Positions 48,176 to 62,400 of a stretch of 64,000 nt of DNA are shown here, piece after piece. Made by a program: the position numbers and the translations under genes. Where the stretch lies: contig JBHGNT010000012.1 in NCBI GenBank assembly GCA_043228905.1, positions 14,012,001-14,076,000 on the forward strand. The letters are read 5' to 3'. Numbering within the stretch: the stretch's first letter is position 1; each line of letters starts with the position of its first letter. Source of the DNA: Azolla caroliniana (taxonomy: Eukaryota > Plantae > Polypodiophyta). The notes under the pieces were generated by a model. That model saw nothing but the letters and a program-made list of their open reading frames with translations, searched no databases and had not been told where the DNA came from.

Positions 48176-51100
48176 TTTGCTTTCCTTTGGCGTTGTTCAA
48201 GTTCTAGGTGCATGATGCTGGTTAGCCGGTGTTCTTCCAATTCGCACATCACGCCTAACCAGATCGCTTCCGATTCCTTCTCATTTAGGCGTTCCCGAAT
48301 CTGTATTCGTAAACTCGGTACCTGGAACTCGACCGGCATCACTGCTTCCAATCCGAATGCTAGGCGAAACGGTGTTGTGCAGATACTTGTCTTATATGTC
48401 GTTCGATAGGCCCAGAGTGCACTGTGTAGCTTTGTATCCCAATCCATCTGGTTCTCATTGACGATTTTTCGAAGGATGTTCTGTAGTGTTTTATTTGTTG
48501 ACTCGGCTAATCTGTTGGCTTGCGGATAATAGGGAGTGCTCCGTTTGTGCACCACCGCATAGAATGTCGTCAAACTTTCCACTACTTGCCCTAAAAAGTG
48601 CCCACCTTGGTCACTTATTAGCTCTATCGGACATCCATACCAGCACCAGATGTATTCATATAAAAAAATTTCCGTGGATGCCGCAGTGTTGTCGCGTAGT
48701 GCTTTGGCTTCCACCCATTTTGTGCAATAATCTGTAGCGACAATCACGTACCGGTTGCCAATTCTCATTGCTGGTGGTTTGAATGTACCGACAAAATTCA
48801 GCCCCCATTTCTGAAATGGTTCTAACGGTAGCATTCTGGCTTGTTCGGTTGGTTGGCCCATTCGCTGACATAGGTTGCATTCTTTAGTGTACCGGACTGC
48901 ACCCTTCAATGTTGTTGGTCACCATAGTCCACTCTGCCATATTTTCCTTGTCGTAGCTTCGCCGGTATAATGTCCTCCAGCCACTCCGCAGTGTGCTTTG
49001 CGCAATATTATATCCTTTTCGTCGCTGCACACTGCACGCCGCCATATACCATCTATGCCTTTGTGGTACAGTGTGTCCTGTAATAGACATAAGTGTCGGC
49101 TTTGAACCGCTAAGCGTTTCCTCTCGTCTCTGTTCATCTCCTCCGGAGGTAAGCCGGTGCCAACTCAGGATCGAGTCCCCGCATATCCTCATAGGACCAG
49201 GCGAACACATCGCAAAATTCTTTTAGGAGTGTGATCATTGCCATTTTGTTCTCTGGGGTCATTTCCTTGGCGATGTGAACGGGTCTTGCCTCCTCTGTGG
49301 TACCTAGGTTTACCTCTTCTAGTTGGGATGCTTTTACGCGCTGTGACACTGCCATTTCGCTTTCCAGTGCCTCTTGTGCTTACCGTAACTCCCGGATCAC
49401 TTCTTTATCCGGTTCCTCGTCGGTCCCATCCGGTTGCAGTATGTACGTTGATAATGCTTCGACTACATCAATTCAGAACAGAGGTACGATCTTCGGATTT
49501 TCCTGTAAGTATTAATCGACCTCTTCGTCCGCCAATCCTTCCAGCATGTTGACACATTCTGCATATAGCGGCGTCAATTCCTTGCCGGTACCCGACCGTG
49601 GTTGAGTCGGTACTCGCACTTTCGCTTTTCCACGCCGGAACGTAATTATATCCTTCCTCCAGTTTTGCTTGATGTGTGTTGTTTTTAACCAAGGGCGTCC
49701 CAACAATAGTGGGTAAGCTCCTTGAGCCTGTAGCTGGAGAACTACTGCCAAAATGCGAAATGTGTGACCCCCAATGGTTACTTCCAAATCCCGTATTAAT
49801 CCGGTCGGCCGTACTGAGCTTGTGTCCGCCATCCGAAGCCAAAACGGGCATGGTTCCCAGTCATGGATTCCTAGAGTGTTACACGTTCGAAGGCTGATCA
49901 CGTTCATGCCGAATCCTCCATCGATAATCGTGTCAGGTAGCTCTTTTCCTTTCACAATGGTTGTGATTACCGGACTGCTCGTGTCTACTACCGCCGGTCC
50001 TTCCTCCGGATTTGAAAAGAAAGCAAGAGTCGGTGGTGTGTTGGCTGCCGTCCTTCTCGTCTTCAGTCCTTCCATGAGGCGTGGTACCAGTTTCAATAGC
50101 CGGCCTAACGGTAGTGTTATTTGGCATTCTTGTAATGCCTACCATGTTGGGTTTTCGGGCTGCCCTAAGCCGGTGAGCTCTTCGGCATTCTCCTTTTGTT
50201 GTTCGAGCTCTACCGCATTCCGCTCGTTTGCCTTCTTCACCCATTCGGTTGCCTGCTTCCGGATGGCTTCTTGAGTTTCCCACTCCATGGCTTTGCCTTT
50301 TGATCTTGTAGTGACTTGTTGTAAGTCCGCGACTTCCGCGTCTACCATGTTCACCGTTGGTCGCTTGTCGTAGCTCTTCGCCAGACATTGGTTACTATAC
50401 TAGCCTTCTTACCGGCAATAATAGCAGTATGCCTTCTAGGTGTTGCTGGATTCGGCGTTTGTGCCCGCACCTGGTTGAGGTCCTGTGGTAAGTGCTTGGT
50501 TTTGGTTCGGTTGGCTGCTTGGAGCGCCCTTTTCCGGTTCCCCTAGATGACCCCCCTTTTTGTTGAAATGTCATTTCTTGTTGAAATTCTTTTTGTTCTG
50601 GTAACCGTGACAGGGCTAGTCGTCATACTTGCCATAGTCTTCCCGTCGTTGGTTGTAACCAGGGGAGTGATCCCGGTTGTATCTCTCGTACCGTCCATTA
50701 TAGTCCTGGTATTTATCCTGCGTGTCATACCAGTCATAAGCGTCTTTTCGATCGCTGTACCGGACATCTTGTGCCGGCCGGTAGTGCTCCTCTCGCCGTT
50801 AGCATTCTTCTTCTTCCTCTCAGTTGCTTCGTGGTTCAATTTGCCAGACTGGTGGTGCTTGCCGATTTAACAACTTATACTCACACCGTTCCATTGTGTG
50901 ACTTTTGGAGTGCCAGAACAAGCATTGGGAACGCATGGTGCATTCCAACGCCGAATGTTCGGCATTCCAACGCCGAATGTCTGGCATATAGGCATGTCGT
51001 ACATTGAATTGCTTGCTGGAAGCGGAGGTCCTCATCTATCGATAGTGCACGTTGAAGTGCGCCCATGGTTAGCCATGAACTTGATTTTTCCATTTCCTGA

Positions 51101-52143
51101 ACTCGGTCGATCACTTGATCTATGTTGCTGGTGCGGAAATCAATGACGGTGCACACCATTCGTAAGGGTTCCCAAAGTGCTGCTAAGAATATGGCCTTTG
51201 TTTCTTCCTCCGGTGGTGCCCGGCTGAGCTGACTGTGGATCCGCTGGAACCGGATGACAAACTGTTGAATGTTCTTCGTTGGTTCCTAGCGGATAATGTA
51301 AAATAAGCCTACCATTTCCCATTGGTCCATCTCCTTGTGAAAGAAATGCAAGAATTTGGTCTTTAATGTTTCAAATGTGGGGATGGTGCTAGGATCTTGT
51401 GTTCGGTGCCATCTGGCGGACGGTCCCTCCAGGGTCATGCCGAACTCTACCCTTTTTTAGCGTTCCTCTTCGACCGCATTTAAGCGTTGGGACACATGGT
51501 TTGCCTCCCAGGTCTGCTGAAACGCATGGATGTGGGCTTCCGCATCCGGATCATCCCGGTATCTAGGATATTGGAATGGCATATCGTCGTCCGGTATCGG
51601 TATGCAGGCTGGTGGTGTCAGTGGTCTTTCCTCCGCCTGTGTCGGCGTCGGAGGTCTTTCCCGGTCCTCTGTCGGTGTCAGAGGTCTTTCCTGTTCCTCT
51701 TTCGGTGTTGGAGGTCTCTCCTCCTTGACTTCCGGTGTCAGAGGTCTCTCTTCCTCGACTTCTGGTTCTGGAGTGTGCTCGACTTCCGGTGCCGGAGGTT
51801 CCAGCCTTGTCAATTCTGGTTCCGGTGTTGGCAAGGTATCCGACTCCTCGTCCTCCGGTCCGTTTGGGGTGTTGTTACTGCTGCAGTAGTTCGTATGTGT
51901 GTTGTATTCCCCTTCCGAATCCGTTTCAAAAGCCGAAAATGCTTCGGATTCGCCTTCGCCCACTGCCAATGCCTGGAGAAAGGATTCCGCTTCCCGAAGG
52001 CTGCTTAGGCTACTTCCTTCTTCCGAGTAGTCGTTTTGTTGTGAACGAAGTGACTCCTTGGCCACTCTCCGGATCACCTTTGAAAATGAGCGATCCGCTC
52101 TGATTTCTTCTGCCGCTTGCTGGAAAGCGTCTCGCTTCCTCAA
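48176..52143 (-). mobile_element. Second, internally deleted copy of the Athila/Tat-like family (gag, PR, integrase)
   Basis: ORFs 51457..52143, 49512..50096 and 48151..48909 parallel the 42934-47489 copy; RT and RNase H are missing at a junction near 49165. Confidence 0.85.
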
Positions 52144-52149
52144 CCGTTC

Positions 52150-55100
52150 AGTCGGTCGGGTAATAGGTCTGGGCCTACTCGATCATGTCCAAAGACGAAG
52201 CACTCCAAGTCTTCACTCGGTGGATATCTGAAGTGGAGAACTGGTCGGGACACAGAGTGAAGACACTCCGATCCGACAACGTAGGCGAATACACTTCCAA
52301 AGCCTTCAAACAATAACTGTCCAACAAAGGGATCCAGCATCAAAAAACCGTTCCTCACACACCCATGCAGAATGGAGTGGCAGAATGGATCAACCGAACG
52401 ATCCATGAGAGGGTGACGGCAATGCTCCAACAAGTTGGATTGAAGCTGGAGTTCTGGGCTGAAGCATTGCAGACGACAATATACTTGGTAAATCTATCAC
52501 CGTCGAAGGCAATCAAGCTCGAAGTGCCACAAGCTCTATGGTCAGGCAAACATCCGACCTACGATAGGCTCCGTCCGTGTATTTGGATGCGAAGCCAACG
52601 CGTTCATCCCCAAGGATAAAAGGACCAAGGTGGCACCACATGCAACGAAATGCATATTTCTCAGTTACGAAACCGATGGGGACTTTGGCTACCGGCTATG
52701 GGACCCTGAGAACCGAAAACTGATCCGGAGCAGTGACGTAGGCTTCAATGAAGACTCTATCTCCTCTCGGCGGAACCAGCAGAAAATAGTAGGCAAAACG
52801 GTATCTTTCAAAGTCGACAAAGTCGTCGTAGAAAGACCGACCCACCAGGCCGACTTAGAGATTTGACAAACAGTTGAACTTGACCAACCCGACAAAATAT
52901 CTACCAACTCCGAATCGGTAGAAACTCCACTAGTCAAAGTCGAAAACAAAGCCATCAAAGACAGAGCCGATTCGACAAGAGTCGAAGAAGACAAAGTCAA
53001 CAAGATGTGAGTTGGAAACAGAACCGAGTTGACAAAGTCCATAGGGGAGGACAACGTGACACCACCAAAATCCCAACATGGGGGTGGGTCACCTAACAAG
53101 ACTCCTGACACAAATGATTCAACAAATACCGATCGACCATCAGAGCCGATCGAAGACTCCGAACCTCTTATCTCGGTACCCAGGAGATCTGGACGAGCTC
53201 GAAGGCAAACAAATTTCTACCAACTGGACCTCGACTACATCAACTACACTGATGCAGGCGAACCAAGCACATAAAAAGAAGTTATGGTTGCACCGGACGC
53301 TGATACATGGCTACAATCCATGCAATCCGAAATGGACTTGATTCATAAGAATCAGACATGGGAGCTGGTCGAACTACCATCTAGAAGAAAGCCGTTACCT
53401 TGCAAATGGGTGTTTTGATACAAGTATGTATCTGACTCAAAAAAACCCAAGTACAAAGCTCAACTCGTCGCCAAGGGATTCAAACAAGAATACGAGGTCG
53501 ACTATGACAAGATATTCCCACCAGTAGTCAAAATGACCACCCTCCGACTCCTACTAGGAGTTGTGTCAATAGAATATCTTGAGCTTGAGCAGATGGGTGT
53601 CAAGACGGCATTTCTACATGGAGATCTAGAAGAAGACATATATATGTCTCAACCAGTAGGCTTCACTACGATGGGGGAGGATAGTCACCTCGTATGTCGA
53701 CTAAAGAAAAGTCTATATGGGTTGAAATAAGCATTGAGGATGTGGTACTAGAAGTTCGACTCCTACATTAGGCAACTTGGATACCGCCAATCCGACTCTG
53801 ACCCATGCATGTATATTCGGCAACTGGCCGATGAGTCTAGGATTTATCTGATCCTATATGTCGACGACATGTTGATTGCAGGAAGCAATCAAGCAAAGAT
53901 TGGAAAGTTGAAGCGGAGCCTTCACGACAAGTTCACGATGAAGGAACTCAAACAAGCTCGTCACATACTGGGCATGAGGATCGAGCGAAGTCGGACGACC
54001 AAGACTCTCCGACTCTCCCAAAGTGATTATATCTGGAAGGTGCTAAGGCGCTTCAACATGCAGAATGTGAAGCCAGCACCAACACCGCTTCCGACATGAC
54101 TCTTCTTCAATGGATAAGGAGAGAGAGCTTAATGGAAAGATGCCCTACGCATCGGCCGTAGGAAGTATCATGTATGCAATAGTGGCGACTTGACCCAACC
54201 TAGCCTATGCCATAGGAGTGGTCAGTTGATACATGTCTAACCTAGGATAGAAGCATTGGGAGGCCGTGAAGCACATCTTTAGGTACCTGAGAGGGACCGA
54301 AGATACATAGCTGACTTTTGGTTTGACAAACTCAACCGAAGTTGAAGGCTACACTGAAATACGGACAATCGGAAGTCAACATCAGGCTATATTTTCACCA
54401 ATGGTGGCGGTGCAATATCATGGAGGTTGAAGCTTCAAGGGTGTAAGGCCTTGTCAACCACAAAGGCTGAGTACATAGCAGCATTAGAGGTAGTGAAGGA
54501 AGCGATTTGGCTGCATTGACTGTCTGCCGATTTCTCATCTACAAGACAAATTGACCGACCAGCGTTGACCATCTATTGCGACTCACAGAGCGCAATTCAC
54601 CTCATTAACAATCCTGTCTATCACGCAAAGATGAAGCACATTGAGGTACAGTATCATCACATCTGGGAGCTCATAACTAAGAAGAGGCTCGAAGTTCAGA
54701 AGATTGACAGCGAGGTGAACATCGCCAATTGCATGACGAAGCCACTCCTAGATCAACACTTCAGAGCACTAAGGACGAAGATGGGACTACGACAAGCAAC
54801 CGAGCAGAAGAAAGTCGAACAAGGATCATAAAGTAAGATCTAATCGGATCAACTACAACGACACTTACTATACCTCTGCCGACTCGGTTGTATGTCAACT
54901 GACTTACGAGGGAGATAACCCCAAACATTTTATATGCAAGAAAGAGTAGTCCTTTTACAGAGGAGTTTGTTAGCATAAAAGGTTGACTCCTTCCAACTTG
55001 TATCCGTCCGAGTTTGAACTCGTCCACATAGTTAGGGCTTAGTATATAAGCAATAATTTAACGTTGTAAAGAGTGACGATTATTCATATTGTATTAAGTC

Positions 55101-55250
55101 TCTGAGTGAGAGAGAGAGGACGCGATAAAGCTTTCCATTAAAGCTCGACTATGTGTAAGTCTCCGCCTTCTTCCTTCTCTGTGTTGTTTTCTAAGTACAA
55201 AAAAAGGTCATCATACGCTTCCGCCTACGCACACACATTCCAACTATCCA
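52150..55250 (+). mobile_element. Degenerate Ty1/copia element (INT-RT-RH, 3' LTR from about 54969)
   Basis: QNGVAE, VKTAFLHGDL, LYVDDML, IYCDSQSAI, KHIEV motifs in copia order; many stops. Confidence 0.85.
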
Positions 55251-55639
55251 CAACCACCGTGGTGTGGCATATGTCTATGACACGCAAAATAACTGTCATC
55301 AGGATACTTTCCTCGAAGGTGATCATAAATATTTGATGTTATTTCAGTGAAGCTAAGCATGTTAACTTCACGGATGCGACTCAGTGCATTAAAGATAGTG
55401 TTCATGGAACCTTTAAAATATTGTGGTGTGCATGTGTTCCTTTGTGCCACCCTTTTAGCACACCCTTTTTAGGATGCATGTACCTAAGCCGACCCACCAT
55501 TTTAGCACACCCTTTTCAGCTAAGCCAACCCAAATGGGTACCTTTGTATGAACTATAAATTCAGTAAGAAGTAAGAAGCTAACGAGGCTGATTTTGATCT
55601 GTTATGTGCATTTCACAATATCTTATGTAAAAATGACTT

Positions 55640-58080
55640 TAAAATATCGTATGGAAAAATCAAAGACCTGGATGAGACCACCCCGTTGTGTCGTACAATC
55701 TTTCAGGTCTTGTTGGTCACAAAAATATTTCAAGGACTCGTGGTCCACAGTTACCACAAAACGATTTCCATAAAGATAATGACGCCATGTCTTGAGCGCA
55801 TGAATAACTACAAATAATTCCTTTTCTTGAACGGTATACTGACATTGAGCAGAATCAAGTTTCTTACTCTCAAATGCTATTGGTTGACCATCTTGATGTA
55901 ATACGGCACTTATAGCATAATCATCTGCGTCGGTTTCAACCTAAAAGGTTTTGAAAGATCTAGTAAAAGAAGCGAAGGAGTCTTGCACACCTGGACCTTG
56001 AGTTCCTTAAAGGTGAGGTCTAGTGTAGCATTCCATACAATAGGTTTTGTAGACTTACACGTTTGACCTTTGAGAAGATTAGTAAACAGCGTTGTCAATT
56101 GGGAGTAATTACGAAGAGATTTTCGCAAAAACCCGACAAAACCAAGGAATGATTGAACTTCTCGAATATTCCGAAGAGTGGGCCAAAGTTTGACTTTCTC
56201 GATGCGAGAAGGATCAATTTTAACTCCTCGTTCGGTTATGAGATGTCTAAGATCAGCAATTGATTTCTTGAAGAACGCCCATTTTGAGATCTTCGCGTAG
56301 AATTGCTTGTCGCGCAATGTTTGTAAAACAAAGCGGACATGTTTAACATGTTCTTCTAACGTACGTCTATAAACTAGAATATCATCCAAGAAAATAACGA
56401 CAAATTTTCTAAGTTCTCAGAAAATGTCATTGATTTCTTTTTGAAATGTGGCCGGAGCATTGGTCAAACCGAAAGGTATGACTAAAAACTCATGATGGCC
56501 ATAGCGAGTACGAAATGTTATTTTAGGAACATCTTCCTCACTTATATGAATTTGATGGTAGCCCGTACGAAGATCAAGTTTCATAAAATACCGAGCTCCC
56601 TGGAGACGATCAATTAGATCGTCAGCCCGGGGCATTGGATATAAATTCTTGATCGTCACTAACTAATACACATACGCCATGTGCCCTTATTCTTTTTTAC
56701 CAAGATAACAGGTGCACCCCATGGAGATTTACTATAACGTATATAACCCATTCATAAATAGTCCTTGAGTTGCCTAGATAGCTCATCCTCTTCGAATCGA
56801 CTTAAACGATAAGGAGGTATACTTATTGGTGCAACTCCAGGTACAATATCTATACGATGGTCTATATTACGTTTAAGAGGTAACCCATGTGGTAGTTCAC
56901 TCGGAAAAGCATCACGAAAATCATTTATGATTTCATCGAGTTGTTGTTGTTCAAAATATGATAATTGACCCAAGACATTATCGATATTATAAACATGAAT
57001 GTTCGGATCAAGTACACAATAAAATAAAGAAGAACAAGACCACTCAGATTGATGGAGAGGAAACAATCGAAAGAGATTGTTTATTTACACATTGAATAGA
57101 ATGAGTACAATCGTTTAGTACAAAGGTAATGGAATGGTGAACCCAATCAATCGATAAAGGAGAGTTTTTATTAAAAAACTAGGGATAACCCGATATTACA
57201 TCAGTGGTACAAAGATTCATTACATGAAAGTCTACTTCCTCTGTATAAGTATGAATACAAATTCTTAATGAATGAATCGCCCTGTTGATGTATTGTACTC
57301 TTCCATAAGCCAAGTGCACCTTATAGGTGTGATCACTTACGGTGGGTTGGATTCTCCATATCTGAACCAAACGATCATTGACAAAGTTGTGTGAACTTCC
57401 TTAATCAAATAAAAATTGTATGGGAGATCCATTGATATACACATTTGCACGTAGTAAATCATTGGGTTCCAATACATAGTGAGGGCAATTACGTAAATGA
57501 TGTGTATAGACCTCAAGAACATTAGGAATCTGACCTTTATGGTCTGCAACTTTGCTTTTTTTTGTTGTGCTCTTTACGTTGGAGCTTTCGACATTGCTCT
57601 TTTGTATGACCCTTCTTTTTGCAGACTACGAAAAAAGGATGTTGTCATTTACAATCGCGATCCATGAATTCGTTGGGTGTCTTGTGTTTCCCAACGAATT
57701 GCGACTACTTAGTCCCGAGCACTTTGTTGGGTTTGTTTTGGTCCTTCTTCGAAGTGTGTTGATAGAGAAAAACTATTTCAATGGCCTCTTTGAAGGATTT
57801 GGGATCCTTATTGTGCACTATCCAGTGATAGTCCAAATTGGAGATACAATTAACAAAACAAGATGTTAACCAATTGTCTTCTAGCGAGGAAAATTTCCGG
57901 CTAGAGAGGTTCTTTAAAGCTTGTGCTACCTCCGGTAACAAAGTCTGTCCAGATATCGGCCTTAACCCCTAGTTCTCGACCAAGATATGCAATCTTCATA
58001 CTATCTGGCTTGGGATAGAGCTCAAAATGAGATTCCCATCGGCCCAATCACGTGCAGATTGCCATTGGGTTGTTATTATG
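55640..58080 (-). mobile_element. Degenerate Ty3/gypsy (chromovirus-like RT/RNase H)
   Basis: [35 protein letters not shown] motifs; frameshifted. Confidence 0.8.
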
Positions 58081-59478
58081 AGCCATTAAATGATAATTTC
58101 TGGCAAAGAAATAGGATAAGGTTAGACAAATAGTCATAACATCATGTCGTGACATAAACATATCATGGGAAAACTTTAATCGATATCATGATCTCACGTC
58201 AATACCCCTCTAGACGTATGAGATGAGGTTCAAGATCAAGTTACTATGGTAACACTAAGGTGTTTTTAAAACCATGGGCGTGACAAATGAATGTCTTTCC
58301 CTTATCTCTATATTGATTTTTTCATGGCGGCTCCCCGATGCTCAACCATGTATGTTCGTGGCATAAATAGTTTATACACGAAAAAATGTTAACAATAAAC
58401 TATGTGTCTTTCCACCCATGTGGTTTCAGCTTTTTAAGTCCTACTACGTGTCTCCCTGAAGTGCACTTAGACCTAAAGTCTAAACATGTTTTATAGTCAT
58501 ATGTATCAACAATGTTGTATGGTCTTGGTCAGATTTGAACTCAAGACCGCGAGAGCAGGTACATTAAACACTTGAGCTAACCAAATGGATTGCTCCTTTC
58601 AAATGTTTAATGTTTATGCGTATGAGAGATATGCGAAGGCCTTTCCCATATATGTTTTTTAAATGAAAACATATGTGACGAGAAACCTTATTTCCCCCTC
58701 GTTAACAAGAAAACTATGTTGGTATGTTACCCAACCTCAAGGCTCATCATTAAGATGATATGTTTCACATCGGGTTCATCAAATATGTCGCGGAATTCCA
58801 CGCGGATGGGTAGAAATGGGGTAGGACCACGGAGGTCTTGAATCAAGGAATCGAGAAAGGAGGAAGAGGCCCGCGAGTCGTGTACACACAAACACCGTGA
58901 ATCAGACAAAGAGGAGTAGGAAGGAGGTGGTCATAGATTTCGGACTCAATGCAGTACGAGAGAATAGCAACGCAAGAACGACACAAGAGAAAAAGAACAA
59001 CGTAAAGCAATGGAATAGATTGTCAATAGTAGTTAGGACGCGCGCGCGCGAAGCGTAGGGAATACAACCGGTTAGAGCTGGGAATAGAGCTTCGAGCTCT
59101 AGAGAAAACACACAGAAAAAGGGGGCCTCTGGCCAGGAGTGCGCGGACGTCTGACGCGAGCCGAGGGTTCCTCCCAAGGTTTGGTCGTAGAGGTTCAAAA
59201 GAGAACGAGTGAGTGAGCTACTTCTTCCTGTTCGATAGCGTCCTCTGCTTCTCAAGAAAAAAAACGATCCCTCAAACAGTATGAGGCCTCCCCTTTTATA
59301 GCTCAAGGAGTAACTTTTACATCAAGGTTTAATGACTCCTCGATATTCTCTCCTAGATTCTCTTCTTGATGTGCTCTCGCTCTCACCTTTGTTTCCGCGA
59401 CCCTACCCATGTGATATTAAATCCTCTAATAGTGCCTAACTCCCTAGTAATCCACAAACCCTACCGACACCTAGTACT

Positions 59479-62400
59479 TGTAAGGAATAGCGCGGAATAC
59501 TGCTCGGCCACGACCGAGTCTTGAATTACTTCGATAAGAGTGCAACACAGGAATGGGAATAGAAGTACACACAAAAGAGAGTACACAGGATGTTTACGTG
59601 GAAAACCTTGAATGGGAAAAACCACGGGAGCCCACAGACTCCAACTATCACTATGAAGAAAAGAGGGTACAATCGGAGACTTGGAGGCAACAACCTCGAG
59701 CTTTGTTTCTTCACCAACCGAAGGTTGCAACAGAGTATTTCTCTGTATCTCACACTCTCTCTAAGTCCCTCTCGCTCTATACAACAATATCTGACAACAA
59801 TAATAACAACATGCACATAAAGTGATTGTCCTGAGTCTTATTTATACTTATACGAACTTAGGGCTATTTACAAATATAGCCTCAATAGGCTTGCTCAAGA
59901 CATATTTGTTACCCCGTACGAGATGTACGGAGAGTCAAGTGTGATGAGCGAGGGTCGAATGTTATCATGATGTTGTGTATGTGTAGGGGGCATAAATGTA
60001 ATTGTGAGTCTATACGTATGTGAACACATGCACACGTGTGTGCATGTGGATGGATACGAGGAGGTGTGAGTGAGTGTCCAATATGAATGCTCGAAGGGGC
60101 TTAATGTCTCTCATCCGGTTCTCACCGGGTCCTCTTCATTCATCACTGGGTCCCAACCGGAGAGACCGATTTCCCAACAATCTCCCCCTTCACTTCAGCA
60201 TGGGATGTCTCGTCAACCCGATCCGCTTTCGGCACGCGTCCAGCTTGTCGGTTGTCAACACCTTGGTTAGCATATCTGACCCATTCTCCTCCGTGTGGAT
60301 CTTTGTTAGCACAAACTCTTGATCTTCTACTTTCTCCCGGATCCAGTGGTACCTCCGTTGGATATGTTCCGTCCGGGAATGGTAGGCCGCGTTCTTTGCA
60401 AGGTGGATGGCACTTTGACTATCACAGTAGAGCCGGTATTCCTCCTATTGGATCCCTATCTCTCCGATGAAGTCCTTCATCCAGATTATATCATTGCCGG
60501 CTTCTACAACTGCCATGTACTCCGCCTCTATGGTTGACAATGCAACCATCTTCTGCAGCCTCGACTGCCACGAAACAGCTCCCCCTGCATAAGTCATCAT
60601 ATATCCGGATGTCGACCGGCTAGTATTTGTATCAACCGACATAGGTATTCCTCCTATTGGATCCCTATCTCTCCGATGAAGTCCTTCATCCAGATTATAT
60701 CATTGCCGGCTTCTACAACTGCCATGTACTCCGCCTCTATGGTTGACAATGCAACCATCTTCTGCAGCCTCGACTGCCACGAAACAGCTCCCCCTGCATA
60801 AGTCATCATATATCCGGATGTCGACCAGCTAGTATTTGTATCAACCGACATATCCGAATCCGTGAAACTATTGAGTTGGGGTTTTCCAGAGCCAAACCGA
60901 AGGCACATACTCAACGTGTCTTTCAGATACCGAAGTATCCACTTGACCGCGTTCCAATGCTCTCTTCCGGGATTGCTCATGAACCGGCTCACCACTCCGA
61001 CTGCATATCCAATATCCGGTCGGGTACATACCATCAGGTACATCAAGCTCCCGACGACAGAGGCATATGGTATCTTCATAATATCCGTCTTCTCCACCTT
61101 TGTCCTCGGGCTTTCTTTTCCGGATAGCTTGCAGTTTGCCGGAAGTGTCGATTCGACCGGTTTCGCCTCCGACATGTTGAACCGTTGAGGCACCTTTGTC
61201 ACATACTTCTCCTGTGACAACCACAACAGCTTCTTCGAACGGTCCCAGATGATGTGCATTCCCAATATCCGTCTTGCTGGCCCCAAGTCTTTCATTGAGA
61301 AGGTCTGGTTCAGAGCCTTCTTCAGCATCTGGTCTCGTCCGACGATCAACATATCATCCACATATAGGAGGAGTATCAAGAAATCTCCTCCATCAAATTT
61401 CTTCACAAACACGCAGTGATTGGCCTGCGTCTTGTGGTACCCTTGGTTGGTCATGAAGGAGTTGAACTTCCGATACCATTACCGGGGAGCTTGCTTTAGT
61501 CTGTGTAGGCTCTTCTTCAGCCGGCACACCAGGTGCTCCTTCCCTTTCTTCTCAAATCCTTCCGGTTGATGCATGTAGATCTCTTCTTCGAGGTTGCCAT
61601 GTAGGAATGTCATCTTGACATCCAATTGCTCTACCTCAAGGTCCATGATTGCCGCTATGCCCAATACCGTTCGGATGGATGTCATCTTTACTACCAGGGC
61701 AAACATCTCATTGAAATCCACTCCTTTCTTCTGCTGGAAGCCCTTCACCACGATTCAGGCCTTATACCTGGATGGCTTTCCAGCATCTCCTGGTTTCAAC
61801 TTGTACACCCACTTGTTCCGGAGTGCTCTCTTCCCTTTCGGCAACTCCGTCAGTTCATATGTGTGGTTCTCATGAAGGGAATCCATTTCATCTTGCATGG
61901 CACTCAACCACTTGCGGTTGTGGTGTCTCTCTTTGCTTCTTCGAAGCTTTCCGGCTCCCCCTCATTGGTTAGCAACACATGCTCTGCATCCGGAAATCTC
62001 CGGGGGGCTCTTCTCTCTTGGAGAGGATATCTCCGTCCTTGGTTTTTGGTTGCCAGTTCCTCCGTTTGTTCCTCATCCTCATCTGATTCAGGATCTTGTC
62101 CAGTTTCGGTTCCGATGTCTTCTTCTTCTTTTTTGATCGGTTCGGTTTCTTGTCCATATCCGGTTGGTTCGTCGAGTGTCATCCGGTTACCGGCTAGCAT
62201 CCGGTTTTCAACCAGGTAAATCCTTGTGTCCTCAAGTCGGTTTTCATTGAATGACCTAGAGTTCATCACCTTCTTCTCTGACTCCTAGTCGGCAATGGTC
62301 TTGTCTTCCATGAAGACTGTCCTAACTCTGGAACACCTTCTTGTCGACCAGATCCCACACCCGTTAACCGAACTCATCATCGCCGTATCCAAGGAATATG

